Origin: Raillietiella orientalis
Lineage: Eukaryota
Direction: 5' to 3'
DNA length: 64,000 nucleotides
NCBI GenBank assembly: GCA_036172245.1
Contig: JAYWIR010000023.1
Location: forward strand, 1,674,001 to 1,738,000
Part shown: positions 26,671-39,200 of the stretch, piece after piece
Layout: every line of letters begins with the position of its first letter
How positions within the stretch are numbered: position 1 is the first letter of the stretch
The notes under the pieces: model-generated
Told to the model about the DNA's origin: nothing
The model's database searches: none
The model's input: only the letters and a program-made list of their open reading frames with translations
Translations under genes and position numbers: made by a program

Positions 26671-28429
26671 TGCAGATGCCACACTGCATGAACCAGAACG
26701 CTTCGTCTGTGGCTGCTTTTACTCCCTCTAAGTTCATTTATTTTTCGGGCGGGACGTTGTCAGAGCGAAGTGACTGGTGATAAAATATTCCCCTTGTGAA
26801 CCGTCGTTCGTGTTATTCACTGCTATGAATCAGTGAGTGGTAAAGAAAGCAAATAAAGTCTTGTGCTCAATACTGAGCGGCCTCTGGTGACTAGTTTAGA
26901 ACTTCGACGCTTGATATCTTGTTGCGTGTCAGCTCCATCAACGCCGTCCATGGAAACGAGGACGCGAATGCATGCATAGGCTCGACCCTATTCGGCGCCG
27001 TTATCTCCCGAATGCCGGGCTTTGGGAATTCCCGAAAGCTCCCTCCGCGGCAACCTTCCCGGATACAGTGCCACGAGATGCGGGTGCTTGTTCCTGATAT
27101 TCCTTTTCACGTTCCCACCCTGCTCCCCCGTCCGGGACAACCGGCGAGCGCGGAGTCAGCAAGAGAGCCTTTCATCTCGGGGTAATCCGCTAATCAATAA
27201 AGCGCGCGCTTTCGTCCCGTCACTTTTTCCACGCGCGAACTTGTTCCGCTCTTGTGTTCGCCCCGAATAAAGGGAGCAGGGTCCCTCCCTCACGGGCACG
27301 GGGATCGAACGCGCGGTTTCCTCACCGGACAGTTCCGCAGAGTGGTGGAGATCAGTGCCGTGCGTTTCCGCGCAGTCGTCGGAGCGTCGCGGGGGGGGGG
27401 AGGGAGCACCGAGCGCGTCGCCGGGCAGGAGAGCAGCTCGGGGGTTTACGGTGCTTGCGGATCGCAGCCTCCGTGACCGTTGCTGGAAAGCTCTCAAGGG
27501 AACAAGCTCTCCGCAGCCGCTGGCGCTCTTTCGCTCCCGTCTGCTGCACGGAATGTGACGGGAGGTGGCGTAAGGCACCTGTGGGCGGCTGCGGAAGGAG
27601 AGGATGCCCAGTGCGGCGTGGTTCGCTTGGCGCCGCATGAGTGTGGAGGGAGACATAAGGGAAAGAGTGAGAGGAAGGGGGAAAGGGAGCAATCAGCCAC
27701 CTCCCCTCCTCCTCTCTCCCTCTGTTTCCCTTCCCATCGTAAACGGATTGCCAGGTTCGGAGAAGGAAGGCGGTAAGAGGCTGATCAGCACTCCGCTCGC
27801 ACGTGGATGAGAGGAGGAAAGGGCGCTTAGCAACCATGACGTATCACACGGATGAAGTACCCCGAGGAGGGGGAAATGGGGGGGGAGATGCTGGTTCACT
27901 GGATCATCATGGAGTTCTGGAAGGAAGGAGACCGCGGTATCCTGGCAGCTGGCGGCGGCGGCGGCGGCGGCGGGGTTCGGTTAATGATGCCGCCGCGCGG
28001 AGCGGGTCGGGGGCATCGCTGATGGATGCTGCCGACTGACGCCTCGCTCTTCGCGCATCCGGGAGGACGGGGAAAGGCGGAGCGGCGGACCGAGCGAGGA
28101 CGGCACGCGATGGAAAGCGGATCGGGTGGATATTTTCGTCTCTTCCCGGGACGCAGAGGAGCGCAGATGGGGAGCACCGAAGTGCACACCTGCCGCCTCC
28201 AGCCCTAGAACCTCCCTCCTTGTGTTCCGCGGACGCAGAGCCACGCGGGAAAGACCGGTAAAGCCGTTTTCTTCTTCAAGGGCCACGAGCCGTCGATCGG
28301 AGAAGGAGGAGAAAGGGGAGGCGAGAGAAGAATCTGGGAAGATGCCCGCTCTCCCGCTTCTTGGAATCGTGCGGTTTCCTTGCAACCTCAATCGGAAATT
28401 CCGTTCCTGGCTTCGCTCCTTTCCCGGAG

Positions 28430-31080
28430 CCCACTCTTAATCGGAACGAAGAGTTCCCTGTACTCGTCCTACCTCGAGGAAGAAGAGCAGATCTCCCAAG
28501 TCAACCTTTGGAAGACACCCCTTCAGGTGCATCTTCCTGACCCCCTCTCCCTGCGTGCAACTCGACCGCTACCGCCGACGCCCCTGCAATCCCGGGAGGA
28601 GCAGGGAGGAGGAGGAGCTCCCCTTTGAGAGAAAAACTCGTCCCGAATCCCATCCCTGGAATCGAACCTCCTCCTTCTCCTACTCCAGCCAGGAAGTCCG
28701 AGCTCATCCGGATGAACCGGAGGCGGATGAGTCTGCGGCCGAAGCGCAAGGCTGCGGCGAACTCGTTCAGGATGCGTGAGGATGGACGTCGGAACGAGGG
28801 GGCCTGGGAGAAGGGCGTGAGGTGTTCAGGTCCCGCAGGACATGCGCTTGGAGGCGGCGACGACGTCTTCAGAAAGTCTCGGTTTTGCCGAGGTTCTCCC
28901 GCTCGAGTTCGTCTCCGAGCTCAAGGGAGGCTGCGCCAGGAACGATCTCTCCTACTCAGGGGCCGCTCATTTACGGCCGTCCGGAGAGACGGAGGGGCAT
29001 TTGGGCGCTCCAGGCAGCACGGCAGGAGACGGCGCGGCAGGAGCACTCCAGCCCACTTGCATCCGCGTCCAGAGGAGGAGGAGAGCGCTCGTCTGTCACG
29101 CCGCTCCACTACTGCAAGGGGCGTGGCCACAGACGCGGGAGGAAAAGGTGCGTCTGTGCAGGTCCGCCGCACGGCAGCCAAACACGTGAGACTCCATCAC
29201 ACACACACAGCTTCCACGCCGTTGCCAGCATGGCGCCCAGCTTAATCCTCCTAACGGCGGCCAGGCGCAAGGGGGCGCCGGACTCAGCTGAAGACGCCGT
29301 CGACAGCCACCCCCGATCTGATTGTGTCCCTCCCCCATCAGTGCTGCTCCCTAAGCGGCACAGTGCCACATGCACAGAAGAAATGAATTCTTTTTCCTGC
29401 TGCCTGAGGCGCAGAAGTCGGTGGCGAGCCTGTGAGACCTCTCAGTTCCTCCTCCTCCTTCTCTTCGACTTCACAGTCTCAGAAGGAGAGGCGGCGAAGG
29501 GAGATGGGGAGGAAGAAGACATGGCTGCCACCGCCGGCGACAACTGCAGAAAGGACGATAGGCAGTCGACCCCAGAAGAGGCGACAATGCTGACCCCCTA
29601 TTCTTCGCAAGCCAGACCCGAGGACTCGCGCCCGCCTCAAAGCGTCCCGACTTTTTCCTTGAGCCGTTCTTCCGGCCAACCCCACAATTTCCTCGGAGGA
29701 GGAGGAGGATTTTTTCCTTCGTCTCGTCCGCTCGCGGGTTCTCGTGGCTGGAGAACGTCCTCCCCCGTGCCGATCCATCCTAAGGAGGATAGCGTCGCCT
29801 TCCTCGCCCTTTTCCGCTCTCTCTCTGCTTGCCCCAGGTGACTTCAGTCTCTTCCAGAGCGTTCTGGGAAGCCACCTCCCACCGGAATTCCCAGGAAGAG
29901 CAAGGTGTCTGTGTGCTACCCCGCCGATCCGAAACCATCCCGAAGGCCGGTCCACCGGCCACTCAGCGTTCCCTCTTCGGGGAACGCAGCCCCTTCCCTC
30001 GCATAGGGAAGAACGAGCCTTCCGCTCCCGGCTGCGCAGGCGTTGCCGCGCTTCTCGAGACTTTCCCGAGCTGTGTGGCTGGAGAATGGGCGTCCTCCCC
30101 TCACCTAGATCCATACCCGGGTCATCCCCTCCCGTTGCAACCAGGAGATCCGAGCCAACCAGGGTGGTGTCAGGGCAGTCGGTGACCTTCACGAGTCGCG
30201 CGAGGAAGAGAATAGAGAGCGTCCCTCCCATGTCAGCTTTCTCAGACCAACGGAATGTCCGACTTCGATGCCGTCTTCCCAAGGGATGGCATTCACCCCC
30301 GGAGTGTCGGATCCGGGAAGCAGGACGCAGTTCGAAAACGGAAGCTGCACTTCGAGACGCTCCGTGAACGCCCTCTGTGCAACCTCTTCTTCCAGGTCCG
30401 CTGCTTCCACTCATCCCTACACCCGTCCTCCCGTTCGAGTAAATAAAAGGAAAGAGGAAAGAAAAGGGAAACCCAGGAATCCAACCTCGCGCCCGCTCTA
30501 CTCTTCCGGTAGCCAAGACGCTTGCGGATGCCTGGAAGGAGAACCATTTGGAAGACTAGCGAGAAGACATTCAGGGAAAGTGAGCGGTGCCATTTGCGAT
30601 TCTCCCTCGCTCTCTCTTCGTTTCCCGGTGCTTTTGGATGGATCCCTTCGGTGACCAGGAAGAGCAGTTGTTTGGAATGACATCGTCCACTAACCATCTA
30701 TTCCTTTAGCGTGTCATCCTCAGGCAGAGCGGGAAGCTCTTCCCAGGTCGAAAGTTCCTCAGGTCACCTCTCCCTCCAGCCAGATCAGTCTGTTGTTTTG
30801 GAAAGCCACGTAGAAAGAGGAAGGCGAAGTGGGAGGGCGTGGCACCGGGTACGCTCTTCCGTGGCTCTTCTTCGCCATCCTCACCGTCCGGGGGCGCTCT
30901 TTCAGCCGCGCAGGCGTACCAGATAGAGGCGATGCGTTGTCGGTACCCCCGGGAGAGAAGGGAGCGCTCGCGTGAACGCGTGGGAAATCTTCGCGCGGGT
31001 CCACGGGTGCGCGTGAGCTGACCAGGCAGCGGTCAGTCGCCAGGCGCAACGAGATTCCGTAGACGACCAGAACGCACGTT

Positions 31081-31123
<43 letters not shown>

Positions 31124-31950
31124 CTAGAAACGTGAGGCTGCGTCGGTGGCTGTCGGCAAGCTCGTTTCAAACCTTCGATCTCTGCGATCTCTCAATCTAG
31201 CTCCAGGGCAATGTCCACGCCCTCCAGTTTCCCCATGCTCGTCCAGCCTTCTCGATTGGCAAAAAAAAATCCAGAACACCGCAGCGTTCAGGTTCCTGGG
31301 AATGACCCCGGTGCGTAGAGTGACGATGGATTTCCTCGGAATGAAACCATCGAAGGGAAACTTTGCTCGGAGGCGCAGCGTCGCCGCTATGTCGGGCGAG
31401 CCCTGGCACGTGCGAGCGCTGGTGAAACGGCGGACGATTCTTCGATTCCATTAACCTGTCGGCGAGCGACTGCCGGACTGGAGCTCCTGCCCAAAGCGTT
31501 CTTGAGGACAGTTCTCTTTCCCGGCTTTCCAGAATTTTGACTCTATCCTGACAACAAGCATTTCCAGATCCACCTTTGGCTTGGCTTATGTTCTTTCATA
31601 ACCTGATCAACGAGGTTCTAGCTGATTGTCACTTGGTATGCGACAAGTGCCGTGGTGACCTCTGGAACTTCGCTTCTGATTATGCCCTTTCTCTTGTACC
31701 TCTGCATCGCCTTCGCTCGCCAGAATCCTCTTCATCTCGGCCTTCAAGACAGAGGGAAGCTCTAGAAAAAGTGGTTAGGAAGTTGTGCATTCTAAGCCCT
31801 GAGGGTAGAATCGAATAAAACTGCGATCCAAGTGCCTCCTCGTGCATGCCCTCGTTTCCCCAAATTCCAAACGTGCGCATCCTTTTCCAGGATCATGTGA
31901 GCTCCGTGAGGACTTGGAGATTGCCGGCCGGCCTGCTCCTCTTGGAGTCC
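28430..31950 (+). mobile_element. Degraded I-group (Nimb/Loa/I-like) LINE, ORF1 plus ORF2 relic lacking the RT core
   Basis: PTLN/GTKSSLY..LEEEEQI (ORF1-like, 28430), LLAPGDFS..LGS..GR (endonuclease, about 29825-29900), FRFLGMT (about 31290), SRSTFG (RSxLDYG) and CRGDLWNF..LVPLHRLR (GAFRTS..PLxxRR, about 31650-31715). Confidence 0.45.
31085..31118 (+). repeat. (CT)17 microsatellite
   Basis: Read directly. Confidence 0.95.
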
Positions 31951-32099
31951 CTTTTGCCTGAGTCCAGCAGAGACATCCACGAAGATACGCATCTCTGGTG
32001 TCCTCTCTCGGACGCGGTGGTCTCCTCCGAAAGCACAAGCCTCATGCATGAGTTAACGTGGCATTTGTCGCCTGCCATGCTTTGATCCAAGGGAGGAAG

Positions 32100-32950
32100 G
32101 AGCACCCAGTCAAAAAGTCTAAAGGCGCCTATTCCGCAAACTCCGCTCACAACCAGACGGGAGCAAGCGTATCCTGCGCTCTCGTATTGCCACGCAGCAT
32201 CAACCAGATGCTGCGTGGTGCAACAGAAAACATACAACAATTGAGGTTGATACTGTCAGCGGCGTGTTGGGATCACGAAACGTGAGGAGCGAGCGTTGCC
32301 TCGTGGAAGGCGATTACGTCACCCTCCACGTGTTTCAAGGAAGTAGCCTTGGCAACTTGTGTGATTGGCAACCGAGGAGGAATGGAGAAAACACCAAATG
32401 GCAAGTCGTGCGGAGTTCTCCTGCGAGGTGGTTCGCATCAAACGATTGCTCACGAGATTCAAGAAAATTCTTCACTTTCCATCGTAAGCTAAGTAACGAG
32501 ACCGAAAAAGCTGATTGGTTACAGAATCATAGAAACGTCGTTTCGAAATTTCTGGAAGGGAGTGAGAACCGAACTGTAGGACCTCATCAAATGCTTCATC
32601 AGGCACAGAATCCACTGACGGTCTCGTTACACTTCAGCGATTACAAAATTTTCGATTCTACACTGTACCTCGTTTCTCCGTTGTTGTTGGATGGGGCAGA
32701 AGCATATGAGCCAACTTTGATCTGGAAGCGCGGCATTTCGTTCAAGCTCGAAGCAAGGCTTCAGCAGCATTCAGCTTCATATTTTGAAGCGCCTAGTGCT
32801 CTCGAGTGAAACGAAGCGCTCCGTCTTTGTTCCTATTCCCAGACGAAAACTCAGATTCTACATCTACCCCATTCATATGCTCCAAGAAAACAGTCTTCCG
32901 GAGGGAAAGCGAAACCCTGGCACCCAGGAAAAAGTAAGGAGGATGGCTCC
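32100..32950 (+). mobile_element. Possible RTE-like RT fragment
   Basis: SNDCSRD and LVSPLLLDGAEAY..KLEA resemble VLPxLLYGAETW..KLEAF. Confidence 0.33.
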
Positions 32951-34750
32951 GACACCTTTGTTTTGCACTCTTCGGTGCGCATGGGGTCTCCTGTAGACTC
33001 ACGGGAAAAACGCCTTGTTTCCTCGATTGCTCCGAAACCTAGAGGCAGCCCCCTCCCTGAAGAGTAACAGATTATTCCATCCCTTCTGTCTCCCGACTTG
33101 TGGTTCGTCATTACGCACGGTAACAAATAGGATAAAGAACAATTTCGGATAACAACAAGATAGGCATCGGATAATGGATTGAAAAGTGTTTTTTTCTTCT
33201 TCTTCCTCTCTTCTCGCATAGAACTTTCAAGAGCTCCACCGATGCAAATCTGCTGCAAAAGAAAGCAGCTGCTTTCCTACTGTTCCTCCATGCTGCAAGA
33301 GCTTTTTCCCCGCGTGCCAAACTTTTCGGGTACCTCCCGTCTTTTCAGAGTCTCCAAGTAATTTTCAAGGTCTCTGGAACACGGCACTGTTACGCTCGAC
33401 ACATTCGTCTGCTAGAGCTCTTTCTGGGTTCTCAGTCGCGTTTCACGAGAGATGCAGAGAACGTTCGTGGGTCAACTCCGCCGCGCGCAACGGCGACTAC
33501 AAGAGCACCAGTGGAACCGTGACCCACCCGATCCCATCACCCCTGACCGGCTCCCGATCCGTAACTGGTTCTTCTTGACCTAGGATAAGCCATTAGTAGA
33601 CAACTGGAGTGGGTCGAGTATAGTAGCAACCCACGGTGGGCATCTCTGCTGATACATGCACCCTTAATGCGAGTACCCCTGGCGGCAGGCCTCGAGTCCT
33701 GGAGGACCAGCCCTGCCGTCAAGGGTACTCAGGATCACGGATTGTCCTTTTTTCTGTCTGCCCTTGCTCCCTCTTCGTTGGACCGGGCTGGAGAGCTCTT
33801 GCACCTTTATGGTCTTCAAGGATATAGCACCTCACGGAAGGGCTTCTCTCAAACGGATACGCGTGCACGCTCCTTGAGGGCAATGACTACCCACACGGAA
33901 AGAAAGGGTCATGACTGTCTTCTTCCTTAACTTTATCCTTCAGCTGCTAGGAAGGTCGCGCATGCCAACCTCACCTCGCATTAAAGGTGAGTGGCAGGGA
34001 AGAGTGTTCCCGAAATCCACTCTCGCGGGAGTGTTTGGGCATCCTCTCTCTAGCTTTCTGCTTCTCGAGGGACGTTGCCGGCAAGGGAACTGGTCTCGTC
34101 CAGCAGACGTCGGCGTAGGGCTCTGCAATCCACCACCACCACCACACATACGCTCCACCCCTCAAGAGCAGAACCAGTCGGATCTGGGTCGTTGTCACGA
34201 CGCCGCTTTCTGTCCAGAAAGAGGATGCGGGGATGATGTGGCGGGGAGAAATCTGTCAGCAGGCTGGGGTCGAGGCACTATCGCCGCCGCATGGCGATGT
34301 TCAAAGGGACGCCAAGGGCGGCATGAAGCGATGCGTGCCCGAAGTGCGCGCACGGACGCTTCCGTCTCCACGGGTCGGCTGCGGCCTGCCAAGGACGCCG
34401 CCGTTCCGCTCCTGAAAGGACAGGACGGCGCAGCTTGGGAACGCCTCTCGGAGACCTTTTTGCCTGAAGCCATGAGAAAGCCTCTGCGCAGGGCCGTTCG
34501 TTTGCAGGCACCGTCTGCTCCCTTGCATGACGTCACGCACCCACGTGGAGATCTCGCAGCCACACTGTCGGGGTGCTGGAGGTGAGGTAGTAGAAAGGGG
34601 AGAAGGGAGGAAGAGGAGTGCGACTTGGGCGGACGCGCTCCTGAGTGGGTCCGTCAGGCACCGCCACTAGCTGCTGGATGAGCCTCGGGAGACGGATGAT
34701 GAGGGCCAACTGTCCCCTCTCCAGAGCAGGTAGGGAGACCAAGAGAGCCT

Positions 34751-36209
34751 TCAGTCAGCCCTGGAGATCTTGGGATAGAGTCCCTGCTTCTCCCAGTAGG
34801 CGCAAGGCGGGTATTCGGCAACGGATCGGAGGTCCTCGCCAACTAGGAGGGTAGCTCCAGGCGCAGAAGGCGCACCCATCTCGGCAGTGCGCGCGAACCC
34901 GTAAAAGAGCTCTTGGATAGTGTCTACAAATCTGTGCTGTGGCGATCCTTGGGGATTGTAGATGCCGAGGATGGCATCCAGGTCGGAAGTGCCATCAGCC
35001 AGGGGGCCACTCCCTTCCGAGCTATTCCGCACCTGGGTACACACGTAGAAGTGGACGGGGCTGGAGAAGGAACTGGCAGCGCGGGCGGCGAGGGCCTGCA
35101 GAGGGCAGACCGTGCGCATGTGCGACAGGATGGACACGAACGCTCGCCAGGGATCTTCCTCGTCGCCTCCGCTAGTGAGGTTGGCGAAGAACAGGCGGCG
35201 CGTGGTGGCGGCGAGGCTCTCGCTGAAGGTACCCAAGCGCCGGAGCAGGTGCGCCTGCAGGGAGGTCTCGTCACGAGGATGCAGGGCATCAAAGAGGGCG
35301 CGGTGGGAGTCCTGATGGATGTTGACTCCCAGGACGAAGGGGACATCATTGCGGCCATCGTCCGTGGACCACATGTAGGGAGGAGGTGCAGGGAGGAAGC
35401 TGCCACCGGGAGAAATCCACGCGTGCGGACGGTCTCCCTCGGCGGGCAAGTCGAGGGCGAACCACTTCCAGTCCTCAGGGACCGCCTCCAGTAGCTCCTC
35501 TGCGGTCCTCTCCTGCAGACAGCCCCGGTCGGTAGGAGAGCAACCGAGGTTGTGCGCGATAGTGGCGAGATCATCGGCACCATCTTCGGGAAAGTAGCCA
35601 GAGCCTCCCGACGCCCATGCGGAACGGAAGAGACCGCGGGCAGGTGGCGACGCCGTGAGCGTGGTGACCAGGGATGCTCCCGCGCGGCTGCCCAGCAGCG
35701 TGACGCGGCCGGCGTCACCTCCGAAGAAGTGTGCGTTGCGGCGCACCCACCTCAGGGAAGCGACCAGGTCAGACATAGTCTGGTCTCCGCCGACGCCAAC
35801 ACTTCCTGTTCCGCGGAGGCGCAGGAAGCCTAGCACCGTCATGCGGAAACGGGGCACCACAAAGACAACCTCCTGCCGTAGGACCACCCGGGGGGATGGG
35901 GACGGCGTGGCAGCCCCCCCGTTGAGGGTTTCGGCGAACACCAGGACGATCACCGGCAGGCGCCTCAGAGGGTCGGAGACCCCAGGCGTGTGCACGTCCA
36001 GCGTTAGGCAGTCCTCATCCCCATCCAGGTACCCGTCCCGGGAGAACTGCCAGCACTGCGAGGGATCTTTGCTGGCGTCCAGAGTTCCCGGCCAGCAGAA
36101 ATCGAGAGACTCGATGACTCCTGCGGGATGCCAACGCCGCTGGCCTCTGGGAGCCGCCGCGTAAGGGATACCGCGGAAGACGAGGATGCCTTCAGGAGCG
36201 GTCATGGTC
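34751..36209 (-). CDS. Nrt: Nrt terminal exon: whole carboxyl/cholinesterase-fold ectodomain
   Basis: 484-aa ORF. The acceptor TTTTTTTTTCCAG ends at 36210, and a 59-nt intron (36210-36268) joins ..CGPVR-G to TMTAPEGILVFRGIPY in frame. The nucleophile elbow reads GSRAG (35678-35692), not GxSxG. Confidence 0.95.
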
Positions 36210-39200
36210 CTGGAAAAAAAAACAGAGACCGGGGGTAAGGGGAGCTATGTAGGGGGACACCATTTTACCCTCGGACAGGCCCACAGGAAGACCAGGCAAT
36301 AGTGGGTTCTCTGGCTTGGAGACGGAGGCTCCCCTTCAGCAGCATTTGAGAGATGCACGCACCGGAAAGGATGACCACAGCGACCAGGAACGCGCCTGTG
36401 GGAGGAGGAGGAGGATGGAGGACTTGGAGAAGTGCCCCTCCCCGCCTGCACTCACATAGCAGCACGAAGAGACTCTTCCGCTGAATGGGGGCTTTCCTGG
36501 GTGACTTCTGGAGCAGCTCCGCTGCAGCCTTCTGCAAAAAGGAAACGCCTCGAACAGGTGGCTGGAAGGAGGGCGGCCCCAGACGAGTTTCGGACGCCCC
36601 CCAGTGGACAAGCAGAGAGGGTAGCGGGACGGGGGAAAGGGCGGCAGGTAGGGGAGAGGTAAGCCTTGACGTCTTCGGGGCGCTGCTGCCTCGGGACTTT
36701 AGACTCGTGGTGTCCACTTCGAGCTCCCGAGCGGTCCCTCCCAAGTGCACGGACGCCCGAGGGTGAGGGCGTGAGTCTCGGTTCGTATACAGTGCGACCA
36801 GCACAGGAAAAGGAAAGCGTAGGGACCGGGAGTGATGCCGGGAGAGTAGCGAGGAGCAGCGCCCATCTCGACCCCATAGGCGACCCCTTCCACCAGCCCA
36901 TCTTCTCTCGCTGCGCTCCCCGATACGCCGCTCGTTTGTTTTTCTTTTCCGGGAAGGCACCGAAACGGGGGAAGATCTCTTTTCCGGGAAGGCGAGGTCC
37001 GAAGGGTGCGGAAGACCACCCCTACGCACCCTGCGACCCCCTCCTGGAAACGAAGAGTCCGAAATTCAGCTACCTCAGGGAGAACAATCCCGGAGGGCTC
37101 GGAAGCCGCCAGCTGCGCGCGAGGGGGAAGAGGGGAAGCGCGAAGGGAAGGAGGGGAGAGCTCGCCGCCCCACAGCGCGCGGCCTTCGATCGCCAAGTCG
37201 CTCGAAATTGCGCCTGCGCGCAACGTGCTCGCCCGCGCGCGACGGATGCCTCGATGAAAAGCGGGGAGGAGGAGGGAACGGACAAGGGGAATCGATCGGT
37301 GGGAGCCGCATCGGAGGAAGCTGCTGCCGCTGGAGCGCATCGATCGACCGGGAAGAGGAAGAAGGGGCGGTTGAAGAGTCGAGGCAGGAGCAGCGTGCAC
37401 TGCCGCCACCACTGCTCTCCGGGCAACAGGGGTCTTCTCTCTTCCCACCGCCCTTGTACTGCTGTCCCAAATAACACGCACAGGGCAGCGGCAGCCGGCG
37501 AGGACGGGGGGGAGAAAGCTAAAATTAGAAACACAGGAAGAGGAAGACGATGAGAATGACAAGCGTCCATACTCTTCCCTCCCCCAGACCTCTGACCTTC
37601 GTTACTGAGCAGTTTCACACCCCTCCCCTCCTCCCCCGGGTCGAACGCAAACTTTGAGCACGGTCTCCCCCCTCCCTCCTGCTCCTCCTCCTTCCCCTTA
37701 AACTCTTTCTTTACCGGCGGTTCACGGCGCGCGGCGTCCGCGCCGACCGGGATCACCGACATGTACAGCTCCTCCGCGGTCCGGATGTCCACGCAGCTCA
37801 TCGTTCGCGCCGCACTACTGCTGGCTGCAGGGGGGAACGGCGAGCACGCCGCGGCGCCCGTGCTGCCTCCTGCCGCGAGGAGTTGCAGCTCCAAGTCGCG
37901 GCGGGGTAAGCGTGGGGAGGGAGGGCGGGAGGACGGCAGCGGCGCTCCCTGCGGCAGTAGCTGGAATGTGGGGACGGGAAAGGTCCCGAGAAGAGGAGAG
38001 GGAGAATGCAGAGAACGGAAAAGAAAACAGGAAACAGAAAAAAGAAGAAAAAAAAACACCGCCATTTTATTGAGGGCCGGAGAACGTCCTCTAGCGGAGG
38101 GTCCCTCCAGCTCAGTGGGCGGGAAGCTGCACCTGCAGTTTCCTGGACTTGCGGAACTGCAGCCGCGGTAGGATGAGTCGTTTTGTGGGCTTGGGAGGGG
38201 TTGCCGCGTGCTTGTCGTCTGGCTGCTGCGGCTGCTGCTGGGCAACCTCGCCGTTGGAAGCGACACCATTGGTGTCTTGCTGTTGCGGTGGCTGCTGGGC
38301 GACCTCGCCGTTGGGGGAGACGCCACTCGTATCCGGCTGCTGCTTGCTGACAGGGGGCTGTTGCTGCTGCTGCTGGAATGGGGGTGCCGGTCAGTGATCA
38401 CCACCGGCCGCATGTGGGTGTGGCTGTGCTCACCATGGAGGCCTCGGATCGCCTCACGTGAGAAAAGACGCGTTCGAAGAGGGCGATGATGGCAGCGTAG
38501 GCAGACACTGGCGTTTGCCCAGCAGGCTGTTGCTGCGCCCCTTCTTTCACTTCTCGGTTTTCCTCGGGAGCTTCCCGAGGGAGCCCTTCCGTCTCCTGAG
38601 AGGCAGACTCGGCTCCGAGGACGTCACTGGAGGCTGCAGCCGCCGCCTCCGTCTCCTGGGTGGCAGCTTCGGAGTCGCGGGCATCACTGGAGGCTACTGC
38701 CGCCGACGCCTCCGGAGTCTCCTCGCCCGTGGCGATCTCCACGCTGGGTCCTCCCGGCGTTTTCTTCCCGACCCCTCCGACCTTGGACTCCTCTTCTCCT
38801 CGAGAGGAGGCGCCCTTGGGCTGCACGCGCTGCTGAGCGGCGCGGGGAAGCAGCAGCCAGCAGCTTACCTTCCGCTCGGACAATCTCCAGAACAAGCCTA
38901 CAGCCCTCTTGGGCTTCTTCGGCTGCTGCTCTTCTTCCGCCACGGGGGACGACGGGTCGGCGACGACGGCCGTGCCAGAAGCAGCGGGAGTGACAGGAGC
39001 ATCAGGAGAAGCAGCAACAGCAGCCCTAGGTTGGGCTACATCTTCAGGGGTCCTGCACTCCGAAGAAGGCTTCTGAACAGAAGCGGTCAAGGGGAAGGAG
39101 GAAGGAGGTCCGGTCCTGACCTTTCGCGAGATGCGCCTGAGGATGGCCGTCAGCCGGGCGGGCTTCCCCTTCGACGCGGAGTCATCCAGGGCGGGGCCAG

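Noticed and set aside
28822..30516. 339-aa and 345-aa ORFs
   Set aside because: Low complexity, no coherent domain, and they overlap the degraded I-group LINE.
34913..36164. + strand ORFs of 193 and 169 aa
   Set aside because: Antisense shadows of the GC-rich Nrt exon.
37070..38413. 447-aa minus ORF as a standalone gene
   Set aside because: Runs through a polypyrimidine tract (translated FFFLLFS) and reads the Gln-rich exon in the wrong frame. Only 37715-37960 is likely coding in this frame.
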